IMG/VR virus record: IMGVR_UViG_3300026549_000041
Location: 64,001-128,000 of that record
Source: a virus
Taxonomy: Duplodnaviria; Caudoviricetes
Direction: 5' to 3' (one strand)
Length of the DNA stretch: 64,000 bases
Shown here: one piece after another, positions 16,693 through 27,899 of the stretch
Layout: each line of letters begins with the position of its first letter
Numbering within the stretch: the stretch's first letter is position 1
Program-made: the position numbers and the translations under genes
The notes under the pieces: generated by a model
What the model was told of the DNA's origin: nothing
The model's input: the letters and a program-made list of their open reading frames with translations, nothing else
Databases searched by the model: none

Positions 16693-17718
16693 ATGTATAA
16701 CAATATAATAGAAGCAGAATATTTAAAAGATTATGTCCGTTCTGTAACTGAAGAGGATAGAAACAAATTACCGACTTATTCACATTCAAAATTAGAGGTG
16801 TATGAGAATTGTCCGTACAGATATTCATTACAATATGAACAGGGCAAGAGATCAAATGAGACTACATTGGCTTTAGAGCTTGGCACTCTAGCACATAAGG
16901 TGTACGAAAACGCCAGTCAAATGTGGAAAGAAGGAATAGTTAATTATGAAGATTTAAAATTTTTACTTGAGTATGGTGATACTGATAAAAAAATCTCTGG
17001 TATTAAAGATTTAAGTAAAAAATATTTTGAAGAATGGTATGAACCAGATTCAGAAGGACATACATATGGTTGGAAAATGGGACAATTTGACAAAGGGTTG
17101 CATGGATATATAAATAGTTTTAATTATAATGAATGGATTCCTTTTAAAGAAGAATATGATTTTGAATTTGTTTTTAATAATAGAGCTATTATTCATGGGT
17201 TCATTGATGCTATTTTAATTAATACTGAAGGTGATATGAAGACAGTTGATTTTAAAACATCCAAAAAAATCTTCCCGAGTAATAAGATTCCAACTAGTCA
17301 ACAGTTTAGTATTTATTGTATGGGTATGTTAAATAATTTTGGTAAATTACCTGTTCAATGTGATTATAAATTTATTTTGTTAAACCAAGAACAGAATGCA
17401 CTGACTTCTGGGTTTGGTAAGAGGATTGTCAAGAAATTAAATATGGTATTAGATAATATTGATAAGAATGGTGAGAGTGGAGTTTATATACCTAGTCCTA
17501 CGCCTCTTTGTTGGTACTGCCCATATAATAAAAATAATCCTAAAAACAAAGATTTTAAAAATGAATGTGAATATTATAGCTTGTGGAGTCCCCATGAGAA
17601 AAGGTGGGACATTAATAAGCGTTTCAATGTACTTGACTTGACAAATAACAAAGATGTAAATAAAATAGAAGATAGTAATTATAGTAATGATAAGAAACAG
17701 AGAAAGTTGATTTTTTAA
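16693..17718 (+). CDS. PD-(D/E)XK nuclease (RecB/Cas4-like, four Cys)
   Basis: SHSKL..CPY, GFID, VDFKT, QFSIY, CWYCPY..C. Confidence 0.85.
   Translation: MYNNIIEAEYLKDYVRSVTEEDRNKLPTYSHSKLEVYENCPYRYSLQYEQGKRSNETTLALELGTLAHKVYENASQMWKEGIVNYEDLKFLLEYGDTDKKISGIKDLSKKYFEEWYEPDSEGHTYGWKMGQFDKGLHGYINSFNYNEWIPFKEEYDFEFVFNNRAIIHGFIDAILINTEGDMKTVDFKTSKKIFPSNKIPTSQQFSIYCMGMLNNFGKLPVQCDYKFILLNQEQNALTSGFGKRIVKKLNMVLDNIDKNGESGVYIPSPTPLCWYCPYNKNNPKNKDFKNECEYYSLWSPHEKRWDINKRFNVLDLTNNKDVNKIEDSNYSNDKKQRKLIF
17638..17666 (+). promoter_or_regulatory. sigmaA-type promoter upstream of dnaE, inside the nuclease gene
   Basis: TTGACA-17 nt-TAAAAT. Confidence 0.55.
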
Positions 17719-17732
17719 AAGTGAGGTAATAG

Positions 17733-17909
17733 ATGTTGGAAATTTTAGGAGAAGAGTGTGAACTGTTAAAGATTTGCAATTGTAAAACAGCGGCGTGTCG
17801 AGTTAGTCCACCAGATGAAGGGTGCTATTATTATAGATATTTTAAAAAAATAATTGAAAGAGTTGAAGAAATAAAAAATAAAGAAGGTAATGATACATGA
17901 GTTATTATA
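17733..17909 (+). CDS. small Cys-rich protein (58 aa)
   Basis: GAGGT RBS; MLEILGEECELLKICNCKTAACRV... Confidence 0.55.
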
Positions 17910-20900
17910 GTCTGCATTGTCATACGGAATACTCAAACATCCGTTTTCTCGACAGCACAAATAAACTAAAAGATTTAATTGACACAGCCATTTCTCTCAA
18001 AATGAAAGGAGTGGCTGTATCAGACCACGAAGCTCTTTGTGGATGGATTAAAGCAATTCAAATTCAGAAGAAACTTAAAGAACAAGGTTCTGATTTTCGA
18101 ATATTTCTTGGAGATGAAATTTATTTAGTTGATTCAATTGAAGATGTAAGAGACAACTATATTCCTAGACAAACAAAATTTTATCATTTTATTTTAATTG
18201 CCAAAGACGAAATTGGTGGTAAACAGATTCGTCAAATTAGTTCTAAAGCATGGGAAAATAGCTTTTATACTGGAAAAATGTGTAGAACTCCTATTGCGAA
18301 ACATCAATTAGAAAGCATTATTGGAGATGAAAAAGGACATATAATCGCACAGAGTGCATGTATCGGATCAGAGTTAGCACATTGGATACTTCAGGATAAT
18401 CCTATTAAGTGTTTAGAATTTATTGATTGGTGTCAGGATATCTTTTTGCCTGAAAATTTTTATTTAGAAATGCAACCTAACGATTGTGATGAACAGGTTA
18501 GAGTAAATCAGGTAATAATTAAAATAAGTGAACAATTAGATATTCCTTACATTATAACAACTGATGCTCATTATTTGTCTGCTGACCAAAGAGATGTTCA
18601 TACTGCTTATTTAAATAGTAGAGAAGAAGATAGTCGTGAGACTGGAGAATTCTATAGAACATGTTATCTTATGGATGCAGAAGAAATTCATCAATGGATG
18701 GATAAACAAATTGGTGCAGATAAAGTTGATATCGCTTTAGATAATACTTGTAAGATTGCTGATAAGATTGAATTTTTTGATTTGAATCATACTCAAATTG
18801 TGCCTAAAGTGCCTATTCCCGAATTTGAAATGAAACATTTTTTTTCAGAAGTTTATGATGAATGCGAGTATATAAAAAAATTTGCTTATTCAGATGATAT
18901 TCATGATAGGTATTTTTTATATTTAATTGAAAAAGGATGGTTGGAAAAAGAGTATAACGAAGATTTATCTAAAGAAGAAATAAACAAAATGCTGCATCGT
19001 ATTGATGTAGAATTAAAAGCTGTATGGTTATCTAGTGAAAATATACATGATAAAATTTCAAATTATTATATTACCGCATTATTTATTGAACAAAAAATAA
19101 TGTGGGAAGATGCAGAATCTTTGGTAGGTGTATCTAGAGGTTCAATTGCATCCTTTTATACAGCTTATTTGATAGGTCTTCAGCAGATAAATTCTTACAA
19201 ACAAAACATTCCATATTGGAGACACCTTAAATAATAATATTTCCTAAGTTTACTTGCCTTATAGAATGAGGTGAGTATGTTGAATGAAATAGATTTGAAA
19301 ATGATTACCATGAAGGAACTTGGGTTTAGTAGTGCAGAAATTGCGCAAATGTTTGGACGAAGTAAAAGTTCTGTCATTTGTGATGTACGTAATCAAACTG
19401 AACAAAAGATTGATAAAAGAATTTGGACAGTTGACGATTTGTTCTTTCATAATATTGATTCTGAAGCTAAAGCTTATATATTAGGTTTTATAATGGCTGA
19501 TGGGTGTATATATGATAAAAGATTAGAAATAACATTACAAGAGTCTGATAAATATATAGTGCAATTTTTCTTAAATGCGATGCATAGTAATAATCCATTG
19601 AGAAAAAATATTATTGAAGATAAAATATATTATAGTTTTGCGATACAAAGCGAACAGGTAATTGTAGATTTATATAAATTAAATGTTACAGAAAAAAAAT
19701 CTTTAACATTAAATCCTCCTCCAGATTATCTAATTCCTGATAATTTATACCATCATTTAGTAAGAGGATTTTTTGATGGCAATGGGAGTATATGGTTTGA
19801 TAAATCTGTTAACAATTATAAAATGAATATAGTATCTACAAAACAAGTATTAGAACATTTCAGAGATAAAATGGGATGGAGTCATAATACAATCAGACTA
19901 GCAAATAAAAAAGATGTACCTGTATATAGAATGGATTATAGTGGGAATAATTTGGTTGCAAAATATTTAAATCAGCTTTATGATGATGCATCTATTTATT
20001 TAAACCGAAAATATATTAAATATATAGATTGTAAAAATAGAAGTGGTAAGTAAATAAGGAAATATTATTAAGGGCTGTGCTTTGGTAACAAAGTATTGCG
20101 TAACTGGTGAACTTTTATCTAAAAGGTGTATATTCAACGCAATCAGTAAATACAGGAAATGGTATTGAATGAATATGCTAACAGGGGAAGTCTAAGTTTG
20201 AAAAAATACGATAATCCTGTGCCAAGCTTGTTTTATAACAAGAAGGTCAAACGACTATTATGTAGGGTGGAGATAGATACCATTCGAAGCGCCAGTTCTC
20301 CTTATATAAGGAGTGAGATATAGTCTAGCCTTTATAGAAATATAAAGTATAAGCGACATGAAAGTAGACCAGAAATGCCTAAGTAACATTGGGCTTTGGT
20401 GATGAACCGTGCCAACGGGTGTACAGTTTTAAATTGTGCTAACGGTATCAGTTAAATAAGCAAAGATGAATACGCTGACTAAGAGAGCCTACGGTCTTTC
20501 GTAAGATAGCAGGTAATACCGTGCGAAATAATTATCTGCTCTATAATTTCTAAAAAGGAGGAAATTATATGAATGGAGATTATAGAGTAATTGAATTAAC
20601 TAATAATATCAATAATAAAAAATATATTTTAATTACACAATCAGACCTTAAAGATGAATATTTTAAAGATGAAATACTAAAAAGATTAATTACTATTGCC
20701 CTTCCAGAAAATGTATCAGAAGAAGTATTGATATCTGGTACTAAAGAAGAATGTTATCAATATTATAATCAGTATAGAAGTGATAATAGAGTTATATATA
20801 ATCCTGAATATTACAATATTCCAGAATCACAATCTGAAATTGAAGATTATCAATTATATATTGATAAAATAAATAAAGAAAATTATAAACAATGGAGGCG

Positions 20901-23900
20901 TAATAATAATTATAAATATCAGACAGAACTTTTTAAACAACGACAAAGTGTGTATTCTAAAGGTGAAAACAATCCAATGTATGGTAAAAAGCATTCTGAA
21001 GAATCAAAAAAGAAAATGTCTGAAAATCGTAAAGGTCTTACTTGTGGAGAAAAGAATGGTAATTATGGTAATACAGGAGAAAAAGCAAAAAATGGAAAAC
21101 CTGTTTATCAATATGAAGATTCTGATATGACCAAATTAATTCATAGATTTAATACTATGGAGCTTGCTTTAGAGTATTTAGGATTAAAAGGTCATTCAGG
21201 AATAATAAAAGCAATTAAAAATAAAGAATTATATAAAGGATATTATTGGAGCAGATAAGGAAACGTGTAACGACTATTCCGTAAGGAAGTACAATCAGAG
21301 ATAGGCACTGATTGGAAGTGTCACCACTAGCACCATTAGTGCTAGGAGAGATAGTCTAGACCCGCTGTTAAATCAGCGTTAAAGTACCAAGAAATTGGGG
21401 GTGTGACAGGATGTTGATATTGATTCAGAAAAATCTAAAAGACAAGCTATCATTGAAGCAACAAGAAAGAATTTTGGTGAGGACAAGGTTCTAAATATTT
21501 GTGCATTTAGAACAGAGGGAGCAAAATCAGCTATTTTAACTAGCGCTAGAGGATTGGGAGTTAGTAATGATGAAGCCCAATATATTGCTAGTTTAATTCC
21601 TTCTGTACGTGGAAAATTAACACCGCTTTCTGTAATGGTATATGGAGATGAAGATAATAAACCAAATATAGAATTTATTAATGAATGTAAGAAATATAAT
21701 AGATTGATTGAAACGGCATTAAGTATTGAAGGAATGGTTTGTGGAAGAACAATTCATGCATCGGGAGTTATCATTTTTGAAAATCCCTATTATGAATTAA
21801 ATTGTATGATGAAAGCCACTAACGGACAGCCAACAACCCAATGGGACATGGATGATTCAACATATGCTGGTGGATTAAAATATGATTATTTAACAATAAA
21901 TAATCTTGATGCTATGCACCAATGTATGAATTTGTTAGTTGAATATGGTTATATTGATTGGCAAGGTTCATTATTAAAAACTTATAATAAATATTTTCAT
22001 CCAGATGTATTAGATTATTCTTCTGAAAAAATGTGGAAAATGGCTGAAAATCATGAGATAGTAAATCTTTTCCAATTTATGACTGACGTTGGTGCTCAAG
22101 CTGTAAAAAAAATCAAACCACGTTCACTTACAGAACTTGGTGTTGCTAATGCAGTTATGCGTCTTATGAGCGGAGAATCTGGTGGGGAACAGCCTCTTGA
22201 TATATATGTTAAATATAAAAATAATATTCAAGAATGGTATGATGTAATGGATAAATACCATCTGACCTCAGAAGAAAAAGATATAATAAAAAAATATCTT
22301 GAACATGCTTCTGGTATGTCTACTATGCAAGAAGATGTTATGAATCTTTCAATGGATAAAAATATTTCTAACTATTCGATGAAAGAAGCGAATGTTCTTA
22401 GAAAACTAATTGCAAAAAAGAAAGTTGCTCTTCATAAACAGGCAGAAGAAAACTTTTATAAAAAGGGTTTAGAAAATGGAACATCTCAAAATATGTTGGA
22501 TTATGTATGGAAAGAGTGTGTTAAACCTCAGTTGCAATATTCATTTTCTCTCCCTCATATCCTTGGATATTCAACAATTGCTGTTCAAGAAATGAATATG
22601 GCATATAAATATCCTATTATTTATTGGAATTGTGCCAATCTTATTGTTGATAGTATGTCTGACGAAGAGCTTGATGGCAGCACGAATTACGGTAAAGTAG
22701 GTATTGCAATTAATAATATGATCCAATCTGGTATTAATGTAACCCCTCCTTTAATTAATGAAGCTAAGTTTGGATTTACTCCAGATGAAAAAAATAATCG
22801 TATTATCTTTGCATTAAAAGCTATGAATGGTATTGGAGATGACATCGCTCAATCAATTATTCAAAATCGTCCTTTTAAATCTATGGAAGATTTTGCTACA
22901 AGAATGATTGATACAAAGATTATTAAAAACTCACAAATGGTTAAGCTGATAAAAGGTGGTTGCTTTACTGAGATTGATTCTGAAGATAAAACAGAAACCA
23001 TGAAGTGGTATTTGTCTAAGTATTGCATTAATCCTGTTGCTAGTTTGACGCTATCTCAATTTAATAAAATTGTAGAGCATAACCTGATACCAGAAGAGTT
23101 AAATCTTGCAGTTAAAATGGTTAATTTTAAAAAATATGTTCTCGATGATGAAGGATTATACGAAAAATGGATTGACCCGACTAAACCTAAAATTCCAAAA
23201 AAAGGTTATCATGATGGACATTATATTTTAGATGAACCTTCTCAAGAATTTTTTAAAGAACATTTTACTGAAGATAGTATTGTAGATGTAGTTGGTGGAT
23301 TTTATGTGTTATCTGAAAAGAAATTCATTAAAGAAATTGATAAGAAGATAGAACCGTTAAAAGAATGGTTTAATTCAGATGATGCTATTAATAAATATAA
23401 TCAAGCTTTATTTGACGAGGCGTGGAATAAACATGCAAATGGTACAACTGATGCTTGGTCTATGGAATCTTTAACATACTATGATAAAGACCATGAATTA
23501 AAAAATACTCCTGAAGAAATATATGGTATTGTTAATTTCTTTGAACTTCCAGAAGAACCGATTGCATATGAATTTTATACAAGATATGTGGATGGTAAAC
23601 CAAAAGCAGTACCTAAATATACTATTTTTCGTATTGCAGGAACGGTTGTTCAAGCTGATAATAATCATCATTCTGTTGCATTATTAACTACACATGGACT
23701 TGTAAATATTAAATTTAGTAAAGGTCATTATGCTTTTTATAATAAAACAATTTCAGAAATTGGTGAAGATGGTAAAAAGAAGACAATTGAAGGTAGTTGG
23801 TTAAAACGTGGAAATAAATTATTAGTAAGTGGTTATAGAAGAGGAGAACAATTTATTCCTTGGATATACAATGACACAATTTATAAGCATCGAATTAATT

Positions 23901-23962
23901 TGATTGAAAAAATAAACGAAGACGGAACATTAGAATTAAAAGCTGAAAGAGCAAAGGTATAA
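17897..23962 (+). CDS. dnaE: DNA polymerase III alpha subunit, three exons: 17897-19227, 20356-20380, 21410-23962 (1302 aa spliced)
   Basis: PHP motifs LHCHTEYS, SDH, TTDAHY; VGVSRGS; spliced junction YWRHL-HESRPEMP-DVDID restores the conserved catalytic segment; HASGV, KYDYL, YSFSLPH. Confidence 0.93.
19228..20355 (+). mobile_element. group I intron 1 of dnaE
   Basis: U.G P1 with distal TTAAGGG; AACAGGGGAAG/AATCCTGTG; P7 ACGACTA/ATAGTC; terminal G; removal restores frame. Confidence 0.9.
19277..20053 (+). CDS. intron-encoded double-motif LAGLIDADG endonuclease
   Basis: AYILGFIMADG and LVRGFFDGNG, N-terminal HTH, GAGGTG RBS. Confidence 0.9.
   Translation: MLNEIDLKMITMKELGFSSAEIAQMFGRSKSSVICDVRNQTEQKIDKRIWTVDDLFFHNIDSEAKAYILGFIMADGCIYDKRLEITLQESDKYIVQFFLNAMHSNNPLRKNIIEDKIYYSFAIQSEQVIVDLYKLNVTEKKSLTLNPPPDYLIPDNLYHHLVRGFFDGNGSIWFDKSVNNYKMNIVSTKQVLEHFRDKMGWSHNTIRLANKKDVPVYRMDYSGNNLVAKYLNQLYDDASIYLNRKYIKYIDCKNRSGK
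20381..21409 (+). mobile_element. group I intron 2 of dnaE
   Basis: P1 GCCT|AA-GTAACA-TTGGGC; GCTAACGGTAT/AATACCGTG; AACGACTA/GATAGTC; terminal G before GAT GTT GAT. Confidence 0.9.
20569..21258 (+). CDS. intron-encoded NUMOD3 protein with degenerate GIY-YIG N-terminus
   Basis: YRVIELTNNINNKKYILI, GENNPMYGKKHSEESKKKMS, C-terminal YKGYYW. Confidence 0.8.
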   Translation: MNGDYRVIELTNNINNKKYILITQSDLKDEYFKDEILKRLITIALPENVSEEVLISGTKEECYQYYNQYRSDNRVIYNPEYYNIPESQSEIEDYQLYIDKINKENYKQWRRNNNYKYQTELFKQRQSVYSKGENNPMYGKKHSEESKKKMSENRKGLTCGEKNGNYGNTGEKAKNGKPVYQYEDSDMTKLIHRFNTMELALEYLGLKGHSGIIKAIKNKELYKGYYWSR

Positions 23963-23963
23963 A

Positions 23964-26213
23964 ATGAGTGTAAAAGTTAAAGCTGAAATAGAAGGAATTA
24001 GATTTTATAGAGACCAATGGGGCATCATTGTATGCTCCATTGATAAAGTATTAAAAGGTGATTTTATCGGTGATAAAAATGGAATGATTTTTAAAGGCAC
24101 TATGCCTGAACCAGTATTGGGTGCGACTTATATAATCATTGCTGATTATGTAGAAGACCCTAAATGGGGTAGACAATATAATATTAAATCAATTTATAGT
24201 GATGTGTCATTTGATAAAAATGATAAAAGCGGTAGACAAAAATTTTTGCTCAATCTTTTTACTCCTAGTCAAGTACAAGCTATGTATGATGTATATGATG
24301 ACCCATTTTCTGTATTAGATGCAGAAGATGTAGAAAAGCTTGTGCAAATTAAAGGCTGTGGTATTAAAACAGCAGATTTGTGGATTCGTAAATTTAAAAA
24401 GAATATTAATATTGCAAGAATTTTTGTTGAGCTTGAAGATTATGGTTTAACTAATAATATGATTAAGCGTTTGATGGACAGATATAATTCACCAGATTTA
24501 ATTATAGAAAAAGTTAAAACAAATTCATATGTTCTTGTTAATGAAGTAGATGGCATTGGTTGGAAAAGAGCAGATGAAATTGCACTTGCTGGTAATATCA
24601 AACCTGATAGTCCTATGAGAATTGGTGCTTATATAGTTTATTATCTTAATTTATGTGGTGAAAATGGTAATTCGTGGATTACTCCAGATGAATTATTGGG
24701 AGCTATTCTTGATAATCTTGGGGAAGAAATCCCCGATGAAAATATTACTATGGCTATTAGAGACCTTGGTAATAAATTATGGTGGAATGAGGATAAAGAT
24801 AAGATTGGCTTATCTAAATATTATAAGATTGAATATAGAGTTGCTGAAGAGTTGATTAGAATCAGAAATGCTGAATCCAATATTTATTGTAATGATTGGA
24901 GAATGCGTATTGAGCATCTTGAAAGAGTACAAGGATGGGATTTTACTGAAGAACAGATGAATGGTATTGAAGCTGTTTTAAATAATAATGTTACTGTTAT
25001 CCATGGTCTGGCAGGAACTGGAAAAACTTCTGTAGTTTCAGGCGTTCTTGAGGCTCTTAATAATTATTCAAGTGTAATGTGTGCATTGTCTGGAAGAGCC
25101 GCTTCAAGAATGAGTGAGATTACTGATAAAACAGGATATACAATTCATAGACTTCTTGGTTATCCTAAAGGGGCAAATGAATATCAAGGATTTGAATTTA
25201 ATCAAGATAATAAATTACCTTATAATCTATATATTCTTGATGAAATTTCAATGGTCGATGCTAAAATCTTTTATTATTTATTAAGAGCAATTCCAGATGG
25301 TGCTAAATTAATTTGTCTTGGAGATTCGGGACAATTGGAAAGTATCGGATGTGGTAATGTAGCTTATGATATGATTCATTCTGCTGAAATTCCTACAATT
25401 GAATTAACCAAAATCCATAGACAAGCCGCTAAATCAGCTATTATTACACAGAGTGTCGCTGTTAGAAATAGTAAACAAATAGTACCCAAAGATTGGGTTG
25501 GCACTGAGACAAGAGGAGAACTTCAAGACCTAGAACTTCACTGTTATTCTGATAGTAGTAATACATTTTATGAAGTAATGGAAATTTTTTCTAAACTGAT
25601 GGCTCAAAAAGATTTTAATATTATGGATTGCCAAATTATTGTTCCAATTAAAACCAGAGGGGACGCTTGTACTTATAAAATAAATAATACAATTCAAGAA
25701 TTATATAATCCTGCTTCAAAGAATAAAAAAGAAATAACAAGGTTATCAAATAATAATCCTTTTATTCTTAGAGAAGGAGATAAGGTAATTAACACAGTTA
25801 ATAATTATAGACTACAAACCCCAATCTATAATGGTAATATTGGGACAATTAAATCAATCAGTTATAATGAAGAATTAGATTCAAGAATTATTACAATTGA
25901 TTTTATAGGAATTGGGAATGTCGATGTTCCCGAAGATGCATGGAATGGGATTGAACTGGGATATGCTATTACAGTTCATAAATACCAAGGCAGTCAGAGT
26001 AAATATGTGATTTTTGGTTTGGATTTTTCGTCATATGCTCTTCTCACTAGAGAGCTTGTTTATACTGGAATTACCAGAGCACAGAAAAAATGTTATCTAA
26101 TTTGTCAAACAGGGGCACTAAGATATGCAACTGCACAACAAGGTGTTTCTACAAAACAAACCCACCTTCAGGATTGTTTATATGAAGTAGCACATCCTAA
26201 GTTGATTTTTTAA
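23964..26213 (+). CDS. recD2: RecD2-like SF1B helicase
   Basis: HhH GIGWKRAD, GLAGTGKT, LDEISM, GDSGQL, IHRQA, YAITVHKYQGS, YTGITRA. Confidence 0.92.
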   Translation: MSVKVKAEIEGIRFYRDQWGIIVCSIDKVLKGDFIGDKNGMIFKGTMPEPVLGATYIIIADYVEDPKWGRQYNIKSIYSDVSFDKNDKSGRQKFLLNLFTPSQVQAMYDVYDDPFSVLDAEDVEKLVQIKGCGIKTADLWIRKFKKNINIARIFVELEDYGLTNNMIKRLMDRYNSPDLIIEKVKTNSYVLVNEVDGIGWKRADEIALAGNIKPDSPMRIGAYIVYYLNLCGENGNSWITPDELLGAILDNLGEEIPDENITMAIRDLGNKLWWNEDKDKIGLSKYYKIEYRVAEELIRIRNAESNIYCNDWRMRIEHLERVQGWDFTEEQMNGIEAVLNNNVTVIHGLAGTGKTSVVSGVLEALNNYSSVMCALSGRAASRMSEITDKTGYTIHRLLGYPKGANEYQGFEFNQDNKLPYNLYILDEISMVDAKIFYYLLRAIPDGAKLICLGDSGQLESIGCGNVAYDMIHSAEIPTIELTKIHRQAAKSAIITQSVAVRNSKQIVPKDWVGTETRGELQDLELHCYSDSSNTFYEVMEIFSKLMAQKDFNIMDCQIIVPIKTRGDACTYKINNTIQELYNPASKNKKEITRLSNNNPFILREGDKVINTVNNYRLQTPIYNGNIGTIKSISYNEELDSRIITIDFIGIGNVDVPEDAWNGIELGYAITVHKYQGSQSKYVIFGLDFSSYALLTRELVYTGITRAQKKCYLICQTGALRYATAQQGVSTKQTHLQDCLYEVAHPKLIF

Positions 26214-26266
26214 CAAGTATATAATATAATAAAATGTAGAAAGATATAGATAAGGAGTAAATTAAT

Positions 26267-27493
26267 ATGATTAAAGTAGAAAATACGGATGTATATGGTT
26301 TCCAACACGCTACAAAAGCAGCAAGAAATCCCATGAACAGTTGGAATAAAAGTGATAGCGATTATTGCGGAGATATCAAAGATTGTGACGGATGTCAATA
26401 TGCCGAATATCCTAATATTTGTAATAATCCAATTGCTGATGGAGGAGATTATGTTATTGGTAAAAATGATTTAGACCTTATGCAACGTTTGTACAAAGCT
26501 GGTACTGAGCATAGAACATATGCAAGAATGATTTATGTATGGATGGATATTATGGCACCTCTGTACTGGTGGAAAGAAATGGACAGATATACAGTTGGTA
26601 AGTCTCAAGTATCATGTAGTACTATGCATCGCCTAACAGAAAAACCGTTCGATGTTTCAGACTTTAGTTTTGAACATTTAATTGGGAAAGATGAACGTGA
26701 ATATTTTGACCCTGTTATTGATGATGTTGAAGAGGTGTGGAAAACCATAGAACAATATCCAAATTATATGGTGAGTAATTTAGGAAATGTTTGGAGTATA
26801 AGGCGCAAGAAACAATTAAAGCCCTGTGTTAATTCATCCAATTATAAAAAATATGTATTATCAGGTAAAAATGTATATGCACACCGTTTAGTAGCAGAAG
26901 CATTTATTCCGAATCCGAATAATTTACCAGAAGTGAACCATAAGGACGGAAATAAGTGGAATAATTATGTTGAAAATTTAGAGTGGGTTACAAAGAGCGA
27001 AAACGCTTTACACGCATTTGAAAATGGTTTAAGGACGATTGATGGGTATACACGATATAAGGTAGCACAGACTGCTCATAAGTTTTCAGCAAAAGATGTG
27101 GAAGATATAAAGATATTATTTGAAGATGGGTGTACTAAAAGGGAAATAGCTGAAAGATATGGTTGTTCAGATTCTGTTATTTATAATATTGTAAATGGAA
27201 ATACATATATTCAGATTGATTTATCTCCGTATGATGTTGCACGTTTAACTGTCGAACATCTAAATCAATTAAGAGATATTTATTTAGAGACAAAAGATAA
27301 AGAAGATTGGTGGCAGTTAATTCAACTTCTCCCTTCGTCTTACAACCAAAGACGCACTATTTGTATGTCTTATGAGGTTGTATTTAAAATCATCAAGGAA
27401 CGTACAGGACATAGACTTGATGAGTGGAATGAATTTGTAGAGATTCTTAAGAATCTTCCTTATGTAAAAGAAATTATGGGTATTGAAAAATGA
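26267..27493 (+). CDS. putative ThyX-fold (flavin-dependent thymidylate synthase-like) protein with in-frame NUMOD4-HNH-HTH insertion
   Basis: RNPMNSW, APLYWWKE, SCSTMH, QLLPSSYNQRRT, HRLDEW host motifs; HNH module at aa ~145-318. Confidence 0.7.
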   Translation: MIKVENTDVYGFQHATKAARNPMNSWNKSDSDYCGDIKDCDGCQYAEYPNICNNPIADGGDYVIGKNDLDLMQRLYKAGTEHRTYARMIYVWMDIMAPLYWWKEMDRYTVGKSQVSCSTMHRLTEKPFDVSDFSFEHLIGKDEREYFDPVIDDVEEVWKTIEQYPNYMVSNLGNVWSIRRKKQLKPCVNSSNYKKYVLSGKNVYAHRLVAEAFIPNPNNLPEVNHKDGNKWNNYVENLEWVTKSENALHAFENGLRTIDGYTRYKVAQTAHKFSAKDVEDIKILFEDGCTKREIAERYGCSDSVIYNIVNGNTYIQIDLSPYDVARLTVEHLNQLRDIYLETKDKEDWWQLIQLLPSSYNQRRTICMSYEVVFKIIKERTGHRLDEWNEFVEILKNLPYVKEIMGIEK

Positions 27494-27660
27494 AAATAAG
27501 AAAACCATACCAGAATGATATTGTGATTTTTATGTATATTGCTTTTGTAATATTAGCAGTGTTGATAATAATTTTTAGTATAATAGGAGCTTTTAAAATC
27601 CTTACATCAGACCTTCCATTTTGGATGAAATGGTTTTTATTAACTAGTGGAGGAAAATAA
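27490..27660 (+). CDS. small membrane protein (56 aa)
   Basis: ATGA overlap, long hydrophobic segment. Confidence 0.6.
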   Translation: MKIRKPYQNDIVIFMYIAFVILAVLIIIFSIIGAFKILTSDLPFWMKWFLLTSGGK

Positions 27661-27661
27661 A

Positions 27662-27898
27662 ATGACATCATGTAAATTTGAATTCCCTTGTAGCCCAAAT
27701 GACACAGTTTATTTAGTAACTTCATATGGGGTTGTTCGATTATTAGTTATGCAATTACAAATAGTGCGAGATATTAATAATGAACTTTCTCCTGTGGTAT
27801 GTTTTTATAATTATCCTTTTATTACATTAGAAGAAGCAAATAAGTATCTATTTGATACATATGAAAAAGCTCAGAAAGCATATGAGGAAGAGATTTGA
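27662..27898 (+). CDS. hypothetical protein
   Basis: GGAGG RBS before ATG at 27662. Confidence 0.65.
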   Translation: MTSCKFEFPCSPNDTVYLVTSYGVVRLLVMQLQIVRDINNELSPVVCFYNYPFITLEEANKYLFDTYEKAQKAYEEEI

Positions 27899-27899
27899 T

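Noticed and set aside
16693-17718. Cas4 as part of a CRISPR-Cas locus
   Set aside because: No other cas genes or array; it sits in the replication module like ordinary phage PD-(D/E)XK exonucleases.
17897-23962. dnaE as a fragmented pseudogene or split-intein gene
   Set aside because: Group I cores and exact frame-restoring splice sites explain the breaks; no intein motifs are present.
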